Under the pieces are notes generated by a model, which was not told the DNA's origin, searched no databases, and saw only the letters and a list, made by a program, of their open reading frames with translations. A stretch of DNA of 64,000 nt from an uncultured Acidobacteriota bacterium (GTDB lineage Bacteria; Acidobacteriota; Thermoanaerobaculia; UBA5066): assembly GCA_963779415.1 (NCBI GenBank), contig CAVZYA010000002.1, positions 608,001 to 672,000 on the forward strand, read 5' to 3'. The position numbers and the translations under genes were made by a program. Of the stretch, positions 20,398 through 31,400 are shown in pieces (position 1 is the first letter of the stretch; each line of letters starts with the position of its first letter).

Positions 20398-20550
20398 ATG
20401 CGCAAGGCGTTCGAGGAGATCCATCGGACAAACGCCTGGAACGACGGCGAATCGGTCTCCGGGCCGGGCTCGACACTGCTTCAGACGGAGACGATCCGTG
20501 AAGAGCTGCCTCGTTCACTTCTCGTACGGCGACATCTTCGCCACGCTGCA
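20398..20550 (+). pseudogene. Internally deleted methyltransferase remnant
   Basis: FEEIHRTNAWNDGESVSGPGSTL..T..IREELP N-terminus joined directly, in another frame, to a CLVHFSYGDI motif; the SAM-binding middle is missing. Confidence 0.55.
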
Positions 20551-20659
20551 CATCGCTCAGCGCCGACACGCCACGGGTTCACGGATGGCGGCCGCGACAG
20601 TAGCGCCGATGAACCCAGATCGTGTCGTACTGCTGACCGACGATCTTTCGGGTCACCCC

Positions 20660-20959
20660 GTGACGTCCCTTTCAGACCGTTCGCGAGGCCGCCGAGTCCC
20701 TCGAGCGCGTCGAGAGTGGCGCCCTCCACGTCAATCTTCAGGATGTCGATGCCTTCGGCGCCGATCCCTCCACGGCGACCGCGCGGGCGTTCGGAAAGAG
20801 ATGACGTAGCTCCAGCGTGTCGCCGCCATCCATCGCTCCGAGATCCATGACGACGTGAATCTCTTCGGGATGAACGGACCCGAAGACGACCTGGGAGAAC
20901 TCGGACATGGTGATCACGCCCGGGAGCTTCGACGTCGGAGCGGGGAGCCGTTGCGTCAT
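20660..20959 (-). pseudogene. Internally deleted FkbM-family methyltransferase remnant
   Basis: VMDLGAMDGGD...FPNARAVAVE followed at once, in another frame, by IDILKIDVEGATLDALEG. Confidence 0.6.
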
Positions 20960-20971
20960 CGTTCGGCGGCG

Positions 20972-22105
20972 TCAACTGTTCGTCAGCTCGCGTAGCGCCG
21001 AGGCGACCCGCCGAACGTCTTCCCGCGTCAGGCGCAGGTGCATCGGAAGCGAGATGACCCGCTCGCTGGCGCGCCGCGCCCTCGGGCAGGGGGCCTGGTC
21101 GTCCTGGTACATCCGGTAGAAGAGGTTGTCCCGGTAGTGAACTCCGGGGTAGATCTCGCGGGCGTTCAGGCCGAGCATGACCTCGTCGCGGCGCTCGACG
21201 AGGACCTGGAAGAGGTGCCGTGACGGAACGCACTCCGGCGCCACCGGGACGAGACGGACGCCGGGGATGCCGGCTAGGTCCTCCGCATACCACTCCGCGA
21301 TCCGGCGGCGGGCCACGTTGTCCTCTTCCAGATACTTCAATCCGACCAGACCGAGCGCGGCCATGACCGCGTTGCCGTGGTACTTGAACCCCACGTGCTC
21401 GACGTCGTAGAGCCACTTGTAGGAGCCGCTTTCGATCGTCCGGGTGAACGTGTCCTTGTTGATCCCGAGCCAGGTCCACTTTCGAACCTCGGCATCGAGG
21501 CTCGCGTCGGAGAAGCAGATCATTCCGGCGTCCGCTGTCGGAAGGTTCTTGACGGCCTGGAAGGAGAAGACGGCGACGTCGGAGTCCCAGCCGGCCTGCC
21601 GGCCCCGGAGGCGGGTTCCCGCCATGTGGGCGGCGTCGAGGACGAGCTTCAGGCCCGTCTCCCGGCACAGCTGCAGGACCTTTTCGTACTGGCCCGCGTT
21701 CCCGCCGAGCCCCACGAAACAGACGGCGCGCGTCCGGGGGCCGATCCTCCGGCGGACCGACTCGGGGTCGAGGCAGAGGAAGTCGTCCACGTCCGCGAAG
21801 ACCGGACGAAGCCGTTCGTAGAGAATTGCGTGGTTCGTGGAGACGAAGGTCAGGGGCGTGGTGATGACCTCGTCGCCGTCCCGCCAGCCGCCGGCCTCCT
21901 TCAGAAGCCGGAAGGCGAGGTGCAGGCCCGCCGTCGCCGAGTTGAGGAAGTGGGCGTGGGGAAGGCCCATCTGCTCCCGCCATGCCTTCTCGAACTCGAC
22001 CGTCTTGTACCCCAGACCGGTCCACCCTTTCTCGAGACAGTCGCGGATTTCGGCGAGACACTCCTCGACCCGGAACGTCGGAACGAAAAGATGAATCGGG
22101 TTCAT
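20972..22105 (-). CDS. DegT/DnrJ/EryC1/StrS PLP-dependent sugar aminotransferase
   Basis: NSATAGLHLA, GDEVITTPLTF, LDAAH, FSFQAVKNL, GFKY, SLPMH. Confidence 0.93.
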   Translation of the reverse strand: MNPIHLFVPTFRVEECLAEIRDCLEKGWTGLGYKTVEFEKAWREQMGLPHAHFLNSATAGLHLAFRLLKEAGGWRDGDEVITTPLTFVSTNHAILYERLRPVFADVDDFLCLDPESVRRRIGPRTRAVCFVGLGGNAGQYEKVLQLCRETGLKLVLDAAHMAGTRLRGRQAGWDSDVAVFSFQAVKNLPTADAGMICFSDASLDAEVRKWTWLGINKDTFTRTIESGSYKWLYDVEHVGFKYHGNAVMAALGLVGLKYLEEDNVARRRIAEWYAEDLAGIPGVRLVPVAPECVPSRHLFQVLVERRDEVMLGLNAREIYPGVHYRDNLFYRMYQDDQAPCPRARRASERVISLPMHLRLTREDVRRVASALRELTNS

Positions 22106-22623
22106 CGGCTGGTCCCCTCGAGATCCAGGATCAGGTAGACAAATCGACGCCCGCCCTCGTCCCGGATCTCGACCTGGCGGAAACCGAGGCGTCGGTGGAT
22201 GGCGAGCGAAGGCTCGTTCCCTTCCAGAACGACCGATCGAAGGCGGCGAATGCCGAGGTCGCGGGCATGGCCGAGGAGAAGCCGGAAGGCTTCGCCGCCA
22301 TAGCCCTGTCCCCGCTGCGCCGGCGCGATGACGAGGCGACCCCACTCCGCCTCGGCGGCGTCGGGTGAGAGATCGTAAAGGGAAACGGTTCCGACCGGGT
22401 GGCCTTTCACCTCGACCACGAACCATCGATCCCGGTTGTCCGGCCGGAAGTAGTCGTCGAGGCGCTCGAGGTGCTTCTCGAAGGGGACGACGGCCGTCGA
22501 GCGGAACATCGGACGGCTCTCCGGGTCCATCCGCCACGAATAGAGCGCCTCGGCGTCTTCGCGGCGGATCTCCCGAAGCGTCAAGGCGTCCGTGCCGACG
22601 CGACGCGCGCCGCCCTGGATCAC
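22102..22623 (-). CDS. GNAT N-acetyltransferase (PseH/RimJ-like)
   Basis: LREIRREDAE.LYSWR, EWGRLVI, QRGQGYG, N..SLAIHRRLGF; GTG overlaps upstream TGA. Confidence 0.85.
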   Translation of the reverse strand: MIQGGARRVGTDALTLREIRREDAEALYSWRMDPESRPMFRSTAVVPFEKHLERLDDYFRPDNRDRWFVVEVKGHPVGTVSLYDLSPDAAEAEWGRLVIAPAQRGQGYGGEAFRLLLGHARDLGIRRLRSVVLEGNEPSLAIHRRLGFRQVEIRDEGGRRFVYLILDLEGTSR

Positions 22624-23627
22624 GGGCCGTCTCCCGCGAGAGAGCTCAGGATTTTCGGCCAGGCGCGCTTCCACGTGTGGTCTCGCAGGACCCGTGCGCG
22701 CCCCGCCTGGCGGATCGCCGCGGCCGCTTCCGGGTGATCCAGGCAGTAACGCACCTTCTCGATCAAATCCCCGGTCGACTCGAAGCCGAGGATCTCCCGG
22801 CCGAACGTCAGGTACTTCTCGACTTCGGGGAAGTGGTTCGTCGCGACGAGGGCCCCGGCGGCCGCGAAGTCGAAGAGGCCGACCTTGACGAGGGCATGCC
22901 CGCCTCCGGTCCGGAAGAAGACCACCGTGACGGCCGCCGAGGCGAGGGCCGCGAGAGTGTCGTCTCCGAAGATCAAGCCGCGGCTTGGGAGCGCGAACGG
23001 CTCCCATCCCTCGCCATAGAGGTGGACGTAGAAATCACGGAAGAGGGCGCGAACGGCCTCGACGCGGTCAGGGTGCGCCCGCCCCAGGACGAGAACGTCG
23101 CAGCGAAGCTCGGGCCGGGGCGGGACGGGCCGGAAGAACTCCTCGTTCGTGGCGATGGGCAGCGTATCGGCGCGGGCGCCGAGCTCCCGATAGGCGGGAA
23201 CGAGTTCGGGAGCATTCGTCAGAAACAGGTCGAAGTTGGGAGCGATCAGACGTGTCGCGGGGCGGAAGACGTCCGGGTCGGAGAGGGCGATGCCGAGAAG
23301 AGTGCCGCTCTCACGCACTCTCCGGGCGTCGTCGGGCCGGAAACTCAACCCGCCGGCGTTGCAGATGACGAGATGAGGTCGGCTCCTCTCGATCCACGGA
23401 CGGAGAGACTCCCAACGGAGCCAGACGGGGCCCGTCGATCCCCGGTCGTACGGCCGGTCCTCTGTGTCGAGGGCTTCGGGATGCTCGTCCGTAGAGAACT
23501 CCAGGACGTCGGCTCCGGCGGCGCGAAGTCCCAGCATCATCTGCCGGACCATGTCATTCGGTCCCCGCCAGTAGCCTCCGACGTGAAGAACCCGCAGCTT
23601 TCCCGGGTCGGACGTCGGGAGCCTCAT
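22620..23627 (-). CDS. CgeB-like GT-B glycosyltransferase
   Basis: DVLVLGRAHPDR, LYGEGW, LFDFAAAGALV, GRARVLRDHTW. Confidence 0.8.
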   Translation of the reverse strand: MRLPTSDPGKLRVLHVGGYWRGPNDMVRQMMLGLRAAGADVLEFSTDEHPEALDTEDRPYDRGSTGPVWLRWESLRPWIERSRPHLVICNAGGLSFRPDDARRVRESGTLLGIALSDPDVFRPATRLIAPNFDLFLTNAPELVPAYRELGARADTLPIATNEEFFRPVPPRPELRCDVLVLGRAHPDRVEAVRALFRDFYVHLYGEGWEPFALPSRGLIFGDDTLAALASAAVTVVFFRTGGGHALVKVGLFDFAAAGALVATNHFPEVEKYLTFGREILGFESTGDLIEKVRYCLDHPEAAAAIRQAGRARVLRDHTWKRAWPKILSSLAGDGP

Positions 23628-23709
23628 CGGCGCCGAGCATAGTCGCTTCCCGGGGAGGACCGGTTCGGGAGGTCGGCCGGCCGCGCTCGGCGGGTCGACC
23701 TCCCGGAAT

Positions 23710-24720
23710 TCAGTAGAGGAGGGGGATGTGGAAGGCGGTCACGAGGAAAGGCGCCATCTGCCAACGGGTGACGTTGCCTGCGGGGCAGTAGTTGCCGCCG
23801 CCACAGCCGGCGGTGACTCCTCCCGCATAGATGTAGTGGATGAACTTGCAGCCCGGGTCCGTCGGCGGGACGTCGCCGAAGAGGGAGTTGCCGCCCGAGG
23901 TGCAGTTGTAGGTGCCCACGCTCGGGACGGTCCCGCTGACGGGAACGGCCGCACCCGAGCCGGCCATGGCCGTAGCGAGGAAGACGGCCATCTGCCAGCG
24001 GTTGACGTTGCTGGCGGGACAGTAATTGCCGCCGCCGCAGCCCGTCGTGATCCCCTGGGCATAGATGTAATGGATGAACTTGCAGCCCGGGTCCGTCGGC
24101 GCAACGTCGCCGAAGAGGGAATGGCCGCCCGAGGTGCAATCGTAGGAGCCCACGCTCGGGACGGTCCCGCTCGTCGGCACGCTGCCGGTCGGGCCGACCA
24201 TGGCGGTGGCGAGGAAGACGGCCATCTGCCAGCGATTGACGTTGCCGGCGGAGCAGTAATTGCCTCCACCGCAGCCTGATGTGACTCCGTTGTGGAGGAG
24301 GGTTTCGACGAAGCGGTAGGCGCCGTCGGCGACGGGCACGTCTGTGAAGCTCATGCCGATGTGGAGCGTCCAGCCCTTCGTGCCACCCGTGCTGAGAGTC
24401 TCGAGGAAGGTGGCATCCCAGTGGGTGGCGGGGCGGGTTACGGGGTTAGAGACGGAGAGGCGATAGGAGGGCCCGCCGGCCGAGAAGCTGTCGGCGGTGG
24501 CTCCGGGGGCGATGGTCCCGTATCCGGCCGCCGTGTCGAGCAGGGTGTACGTCGCACCGGCAGGACCCGTGAAGGCGGAAGCCGTGCCTGTGAGGGCGAG
24601 CGGGGAGGAGCCGATGTTCTTCCAGGAGGGGTTTGCGAGAACCGTCTCGCCCGGCTCGAGAACGCCGTTGACGTTGGAGATCGTCGCGCCCGTGGCATGA
24701 GCGTCCTCGACGAGGCCGGC
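23710..24720 (-). repeat. Shared ~1 kb 3' cassette (EPGET domain + 3 SLH-like repeats), copy 1
   Basis: Near-identical DNA at 54370, 57287 and 61460 (e.g. cccgcatagatgtagtggatgaac). Confidence 0.9.
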
Positions 24721-26793
24721 GGGCTGGACGCCGACGCCCGTGGACGTAATCGTCAGGATCCCGGTCCCCGTGGACGTCTGGCCATCAGGGTTCGTGACGC
24801 TGACGTTTTTGGCTCCCGTGGTGGCCCCCGTCGTATTCAGGCTCAGCGTGACGTGCGTCGCATCGGTGTACGTGACGCTGTTGACGGCGACGCCGCCCGT
24901 GACCGCCGCCCCGATCCGCAGGCGGCACGGTTCGCCCGACATGCTGGAGGGCGTGTCGTAGAAGCCGGAGCCCGAAGACGACGTACCAGTGACGACGACG
25001 CTGACGCTGGACTGACCCGTCGCCACGGAGGAAGGGCTGGCGGAAGCGGGGGTCGCCGGGGGCGGCCCCTTCAGCTCGGCGAAGCGCGAACCGTACTGGT
25101 TGGCGACCGGGACGTACTCCTGGATCGTCCAGATGCTCTGGTCGTTGCACGGGTCGAGGCTCGTGAAGGAGAAGTCACCCCACCGCCGGCCGTGGCTGCC
25201 TCCGGTGTCCCAGCTCGGGTTGTACGCGTTGTTCGCCTGCGCGTAGACGTTGATCGACTGGAGCGTGCCGAGCGTATCGCCGGAGAGCCGCCCGGCCGTC
25301 CCCCCGCTGATGTAGGTGTTGTTCCCCGCGATCGTGAACCCTGCCGCGGCATGCCCCTGCCCGTTCGGGACGATCGTGCCGTAGCTGAAGAAGTTCGGGT
25401 TCAACGAGGCGACGTCGCAGACGATGCCGGCCTGGCGGATGGAAGGCGTCGATCCGGTCGGGATTCCCTGGATCTCCCACCAGTAGACGGCGTCCCGGTC
25501 TGCCGTCCCGCTGGCCACGCCGACGCAGTTTCCTCCGGAGACGGTGACCCCGACGGGCATCGCGGTCCAGAGACTCCCGGCTCGATACGTCGCGATCATT
25601 GGGCGGTTGTCGATCGCGTCGATATTTCCATTGGTTCCACCGGTATTGCCTTTATGGGGCTGGGTGATCGGGCTCCCCTGGTTCGCCGTGGCGATCGCGA
25701 CAGGCGACGAAAGCGTGGGACTGGCGCTCCCTGGACTGCTGACCCGGACGAGATCGAGCTGGCTCCACGAGAAGTTGTCGTTTCCGAGGAGCCACCCCTC
25801 GGTCGCCGCCGGATCGGCGTTGTCGACGCCGTGCGGCGTCCACGGGAAGGTTGCGTAGCCCGTGCTAGCGAATCCCGTGACGTGGATGGGGCCGGAACCG
25901 AGGACCGAGCTTTTCTGGACGACGAAGATGTCGGAACCCTTGTACGTCGCGGTCTCCAGGCTCGTGCCGCAGAACTGGTTGACGCCGATGTAGATCCCGT
26001 TCGCGTCGATTCCGGGCACCGGATAATCCGCGAGGCAGTTCGTGTGCGTCCCGATTCCGGACTGGAAGTAGAAGAAGTGCCAGACCGTGCTCGGCGTGAT
26101 CGTCGCCGAGTTGCTGACGGCGAGAAGGACCCGGTTGTTCGGGAACTTCACGTCGATGATGAAGAGAAACCAGCGCTGGCTGAGCCGGTCGTACCGGACG
26201 TGGGAGTCGCTGGTCCCGCTCGAGCGGACAGACGTGAAGAAGTTGTTCGGCGACGTGTTCAGGACGCCGTCGGGAAGGCCCGTCGCCTTGCTGTAGGTGA
26301 CGATGTTGCAGTTCTCGAAGACGACGAACTGAGTCGGACCGACGGCCCCCATGGTGTCCGGGGGCCAGGCGCTCGGGTTTGCGGCCGTCGGTGAATCTCC
26401 CGTCACGCCCACGGTCTGAGGCAGCGCCAGCTCGCCCCCCGTGGCGATCTCGGGCGACTGCGGGCCGGTGGCGGGCCCCTGCCGGCGGTTCATTGCATCC
26501 GGATCGACTTTCTTCAGGCTCGTGTCGGCCCGCCCCGGGAAGAGGTCGAGGGTCATCTGGGGGGCGACCTCACCCAGCCGCATCTGGCGGGCCATGATCT
26601 CGCCCGTCGTCTCGCTGACCGCGGGGAGTCCCGGAATGGATATTCCCTGAATCTGCTGGCCGTTCGGCGGCGCGGCAGAGGCGGGTTGCGCAATTCCAGC
26701 AAGTGCGGCTGCGAGAATCGCTCCCCTCGCGAAGCCGGCCGATCGGACGAATCGACTCAACGGTCGCCCGGAAGGCGAGTCGGTCATCATCAT
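23710..26793 (-). CDS. Secreted surface protein: PPD...WGD beta-domain, Ig/IPT-like domain, EPGET domain, three Cys-rich SLH-like repeats
   Basis: Signal peptide; PPDTMGAVGP...RWGDFS; C-terminal F.DV...GCGGGNYC...V.RWQMA.FL x3. Confidence 0.85.
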   Translation of the reverse strand: MMMTDSPSGRPLSRFVRSAGFARGAILAAALAGIAQPASAAPPNGQQIQGISIPGLPAVSETTGEIMARQMRLGEVAPQMTLDLFPGRADTSLKKVDPDAMNRRQGPATGPQSPEIATGGELALPQTVGVTGDSPTAANPSAWPPDTMGAVGPTQFVVFENCNIVTYSKATGLPDGVLNTSPNNFFTSVRSSGTSDSHVRYDRLSQRWFLFIIDVKFPNNRVLLAVSNSATITPSTVWHFFYFQSGIGTHTNCLADYPVPGIDANGIYIGVNQFCGTSLETATYKGSDIFVVQKSSVLGSGPIHVTGFASTGYATFPWTPHGVDNADPAATEGWLLGNDNFSWSQLDLVRVSSPGSASPTLSSPVAIATANQGSPITQPHKGNTGGTNGNIDAIDNRPMIATYRAGSLWTAMPVGVTVSGGNCVGVASGTADRDAVYWWEIQGIPTGSTPSIRQAGIVCDVASLNPNFFSYGTIVPNGQGHAAAGFTIAGNNTYISGGTAGRLSGDTLGTLQSINVYAQANNAYNPSWDTGGSHGRRWGDFSFTSLDPCNDQSIWTIQEYVPVANQYGSRFAELKGPPPATPASASPSSVATGQSSVSVVVTGTSSSGSGFYDTPSSMSGEPCRLRIGAAVTGGVAVNSVTYTDATHVTLSLNTTGATTGAKNVSVTNPDGQTSTGTGILTITSTGVGVQPAGLVEDAHATGATISNVNGVLEPGETVLANPSWKNIGSSPLALTGTASAFTGPAGATYTLLDTAAGYGTIAPGATADSFSAGGPSYRLSVSNPVTRPATHWDATFLETLSTGGTKGWTLHIGMSFTDVPVADGAYRFVETLLHNGVTSGCGGGNYCSAGNVNRWQMAVFLATAMVGPTGSVPTSGTVPSVGSYDCTSGGHSLFGDVAPTDPGCKFIHYIYAQGITTGCGGGNYCPASNVNRWQMAVFLATAMAGSGAAVPVSGTVPSVGTYNCTSGGNSLFGDVPPTDPGCKFIHYIYAGGVTAGCGGGNYCPAGNVTRWQMAPFLVTAFHIPLLY

Positions 26794-26917
26794 GCGGCCG
26801 AGAATACTAGAGCGCGGTCCCGGCGCATCGGCGTCTCGGAAGGGCCCCATGCGCTATCCTTCGCCGGCATTCCAATAGAGATGGTGCGTTCCGGAGACGA
26901 GACGTGACAGAGGACCC

Positions 26918-27970
26918 ATGAAACGAAAGCGCGGATGGTCGTCTTTCTCTTTCCATATCGCTCTCCCGTCGCTGCTCGCGGTGGTGGTGGCCGGCCCGAC
27001 CGCAGCCCGGGCGCAGGCGCCTCCGGCCTCCGCACCTGCCGGCGGCTCGTCGGTGGCGGGATCTCCGGACCGTGACGCCGAGCTGGGTCGCCGTCTCGAT
27101 TCCCTCCTCGCTACGGCCGATCCGGGGGTGACCTGGTCGATCTCCGTCGAGGCGGTCGACGAGAAGGACCGCCTTCTCCACCGGGTCCTGCTCTGGGCAG
27201 GCGGAATCGGGATCTGGGACGGCGAAAGCCAGTTCCGCCTGGAGCCTCCCGCACAGAACGAGATCTTCAAGGCCTTTCGCGACCAGGGCTTCTGCCGGAT
27301 GAACGACGATCTCTACAAGCCGGGATCCGGCCGGAGGCGACCGAACGGCCCGATCCAGGAACAGGCCATCACGCTCGAGATCGGAGGGGTGACGAAGACC
27401 GTCAGCCACACGGTCCCCAAGGACGGGAGATATCCCGACGTCGAGGAGGCCGCGCGGCCGCTCCTCGCAATCGTGAAGGTCGTCCGGACGGTCTGCAAGG
27501 GGCCGGCGGAGAAGGGGATCCGCGCGACCGATCTCGCCGACGGCCTCTCGAAGGTGGCCGGGCAGCAGCTTGCGGACGTCGCGTTCAAGCTCTTCGTGAA
27601 CCAGCCGGGAGAGGCGGGGGGAAGCGGATGGCTGGCGCGGGTCGACGGGAAGCGCGTCACGACCCAGGTGTCGACGAAGGGAAAGGGGTGGGCGCCTCCC
27701 GTGGAGATTCACTTGTCGACCGATGAATTCCTGGAATTCGTCCGGACGGTGTCGGCCGCGACGCCCGGCGCTTTCCCGAAGAACCTCTATGACGAGGGCT
27801 ACACGGACCTTACGCTCTCCGTCCTGAACCGCACCGTCAACGTCCAGGCCCGTCCCTTCTCCGGGATGGACCCGAAGGCGCACGAGGAGGCCCGCAAGGC
27901 CTTCCGGAGCGTGGTGGCAGCGGCCCGGAAGCTGCATGAGAAAGCTCTTCTCGAGGGTAAGAGACCCTAA
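26918..27970 (+). CDS. Secreted hypothetical protein
   Basis: GAGG SD, signal peptide ending ARA-Q, 350 aa with GC3-type codon use; no motif recognised. Confidence 0.7.
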   Translation: MKRKRGWSSFSFHIALPSLLAVVVAGPTAARAQAPPASAPAGGSSVAGSPDRDAELGRRLDSLLATADPGVTWSISVEAVDEKDRLLHRVLLWAGGIGIWDGESQFRLEPPAQNEIFKAFRDQGFCRMNDDLYKPGSGRRRPNGPIQEQAITLEIGGVTKTVSHTVPKDGRYPDVEEAARPLLAIVKVVRTVCKGPAEKGIRATDLADGLSKVAGQQLADVAFKLFVNQPGEAGGSGWLARVDGKRVTTQVSTKGKGWAPPVEIHLSTDEFLEFVRTVSAATPGAFPKNLYDEGYTDLTLSVLNRTVNVQARPFSGMDPKAHEEARKAFRSVVAAARKLHEKALLEGKRP

Positions 27971-28424
27971 GCCCTTGAGACCCAGGCCCACCGACCGGAG
28001 GCGCGAAAGCTCTTCGCACGGGCACCCTGTCGGGCAGCAGGTTCGCGAGTGAACGTCTTTCCCGGAAAACCCTGATGCATTTGCAGGGAAGACGATGAGA
28101 TGACTTGACTCGGTCCCCCTGCTGACATAGGTTTCGTCTCAGCTTAGGTCTCGTAATGGTCCAGTGACTCTTGAGGAGTGATTTTTCTGAAGAGAGTCTG
28201 GAGTCCTCGCGGATGGCGGAAGTGTCTCGTTGCTGGAGTGCCGTCCGACTTTCTGTCCCTCGCCCTCCCTCCTCCCCCCTCTCTTGGAATCCGACTTGAA
28301 ATCCCGTTCCCCGAAGCGGGGGAACGGAAAGATCCAGTCCTCGCTGTAGTGACATCCACGTCATGTCAGTAACTTTTTTCTTCGTTCGTTTCACTTTCTG
28401 GGCATCCCAGATTGGAAGGAGCAG

Positions 28425-31400
28425 GTGAACATGAGTCTGTCGAGAGCTTCGATGTTCCTTACTGCCCTCGCGGTGGCCGCGGGACTGGCCGCGCCGCCCG
28501 AGGCTCGAGCGGCCGCGCCGATAAAGCATCCGGCCCAGGTGATCTCCCCCGTCAAGGTGGACGTCTCTCCTCCGCTCAGAACCATTACACCCCTCACGGC
28601 GGTTCCGGAAGGGAAGAAGGCGCCCGAGAACCCGCCGATTCCAAAGCCGGGGCGTGCCCTCGGGAAGGGCAGCACCGCCCCCGACGCGGCGCTTCAAATG
28701 AAGCCCGGCCCGACGAACATGCCGGCCCCCATCCTGGACTTTGAGGGCGCCAACAACGTTTTCGGCGTCCTCCCGCCCGATACGACCGGCGATGTCGGCC
28801 CCAACCATTACATCCAGTGGGTGAACCTCGGCTTCGCCATCTACGACAAGACAACGGGCGCGAAGATCTACCCGTTGAGCGGCTTTGCCCTTGGCAACAC
28901 GCTCTGGGCCGGCTTCGGCGGAGCGTGCGAGACCAGCAACGACGGGGACATCCAGGTGAACTATGACAACCTGGCGGACCGCTGGGTCATGTCGCAGTTC
29001 GCATTTCCCAATTACCCCTCGGGACCCTTCCACCAGTGCTTTGCGGTTTCCACCTCTCCGGACCCGACCGGGAGCTGGTATCGCTACGACTACATCACCA
29101 GCGCGACGAAGCTGAACGACTACCCGAAGATCGGCGTCTGGCCCGACGGGTACTACATGACCGTCAACCAGTTCGACATGCCGGCCGGCTCATTCGCCGG
29201 CCTCGGCGCCTTTGTTTTCGAGCGTGACAAGATGATCGCCGGCACTCCGGCGCTCGGGATCTACTTCGACACCGGCGCCGTGACGCTGAACTACGGCGGC
29301 GACCTGCCGGCCGACCTCGACGGGCCTCCCCCGCCGGCCGGGACACCCGGCTACGTCATGGAGTGGGACCAGGCCGGTTGGATCGGAGACGCGAATGACA
29401 CGCTCCGAATCTGGGAGGTCAAGCCCGACTGGTCGAACCCGTCCAACTCCACCTTCGGGGCGAATGCGAACTACGACCCGAACTTCATGATCACGGACGC
29501 TGCCGGCACGGCGCCATGCATTGGCAACCGCAGGACTGCGTCCCGCAGCCCGGCACGGCGCAGGGGCTCGACGCGCATCGCCGACCGTCTCATGCAGCGG
29601 CTCCAGTACCGCAACATCGGAGGGGTCGGGAGGCTGACCTTCAACCACACGCTCGACGTGGGCAGTGGCCGCACGGGTGTTCGGTGGACTCAGCTCCAGA
29701 ACCCGGGCACCGGCTGGACGATGCTGGACGAGGGAACCTTCGGCGGCGACCCCGGTGACACCGACTAGCGCTGGATGGGCGCCGCGGCTCTCGACATCCA
29801 GGGGAACATGGCCGTCGGGTACAGCGTCTCGAGCAGCACGACCTACCCGTCGATCCGGTACAACGGGCGCCTGGCTGGCGACCCCGCCGGGACGCTCGGC
29901 ACCGAGGCGACCCTCATCGCCGGCGGCGGCTCCCAGCTCCACTCGGCCGACCGCTGGGGCGACTACAGCGCCATGACGGTCGACCCGGTGGACGAGTGCA
30001 CGTTCTGGTACACGCAGGAGTACTACCAGACCACGAGTTCCGCCACCTGGCAGACGCGGATCGGCTCCTTCAAGTTCCCCGGGTGCACCGCCGGGCCTTC
30101 CGGCACCATCGACGGGACCGTGAAGAGCACCGCGGGTGGCGGCCCGATCCCCGGGGCCCTCGTGCAGATCGGTCCGTCCTACTCGACGACCACGAACGGC
30201 GCGGGGTTCTTCACCGTGAACGTTCCCGTCGGAACTTACGACGTGACGGCCTCCAAGTTCGGATATACCCCGGCCACCGTCCCGGGCCAGGTCGTCACCG
30301 AAGGCAACACCACGCACGTCGGCGACATCCTGTTGACGCCGGTAGGCGCCTATCACGTCGACGGCTTCGTGACGGCGGCGGATCACAACTGGCCCCTCTG
30401 GGCGAAGATCGAGATCCGCGAGTCGGGGAATCTCGTCAACACCCTCTACACCTCTCCCTGGAACGGCTACTACGACGTGATCCTGCCCAACGGCTACACC
30501 TACCAGTTCACGGTGCTGCCGATGTACCAGGGCTACCAGAGCGAAGTGCGGCCGGTCATCGTGGCCTCGGGCGACCAGGTCCAGAACTTCACGCTCCTGG
30601 CGGCTTCCGGCAACCCGGCTTACAGCTGCTATCTCAACGGCGGCATCAACGAGAACTTCGACGGCGCTTTCCCGCCGCTCGGCTGGACCGTCATCAACAA
30701 CGGTTCGGTTCCCAACAACATCTGGAAGCGTAACGACCAGTGGGGCCGTTCGAACCTGACGGGCGGCACGGGCTTCGCGGCGGCTGCCGATTCCGATATG
30801 GCGGGCCCGGGCTCCGGACCCTTCGACACCGAGCTCTGGTCTCCGCCGATCATGATGCCGGCCACCCCGCGCAACCTGAAGTTCAAGAGCGCGTACACCA
30901 GTTACAGTGCCGAGACCGGCACCCTCGACGTCTCCACCAACGGGGGCGGGACCTGGACGAACCTCATCACCATCACGTCGTCTGCCGTGGCGGAACGGAC
31001 CGTCGACATGACGGCGTACGCCAACCAGATGATCGTCCTGCGCTGGAAATTCGTCTCGCCAAGTTGGGCGTACTACTGGCAGATCGACGACGTGCGGACC
31101 GAGACCATCCCGGTGCCGCCGCCGCCGCCGGCCGTAGTCTGGACCCAGAACTTCGACGGCGTGACCGCTCCGGCGATGCCGAGCCGGCTGGAGCGTCAGT
31201 ACTACCTTCGACGGTACCGCCGATCTGGACCAACAGCACGACGTCGAGTCGCCCGAGCGGCATCACGCCCCATTCCAGCCCCAACATGCTGATCTTCAAT
31301 TCGTGGTCAGCGTAGGTAGCGGCAGCGACGCGCTGGCTCTACAAGACCACCTCGGACGACGTCTCGAGCGGTACCGGGTACGTCGGTTTCTGGATGTACC

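Noticed and set aside
29766-29768. Programmed readthrough or pyrrolysine at the in-frame TAG
   Set aside because: Lies among several indels in the same gene; no pyl genes in the window; error is more likely
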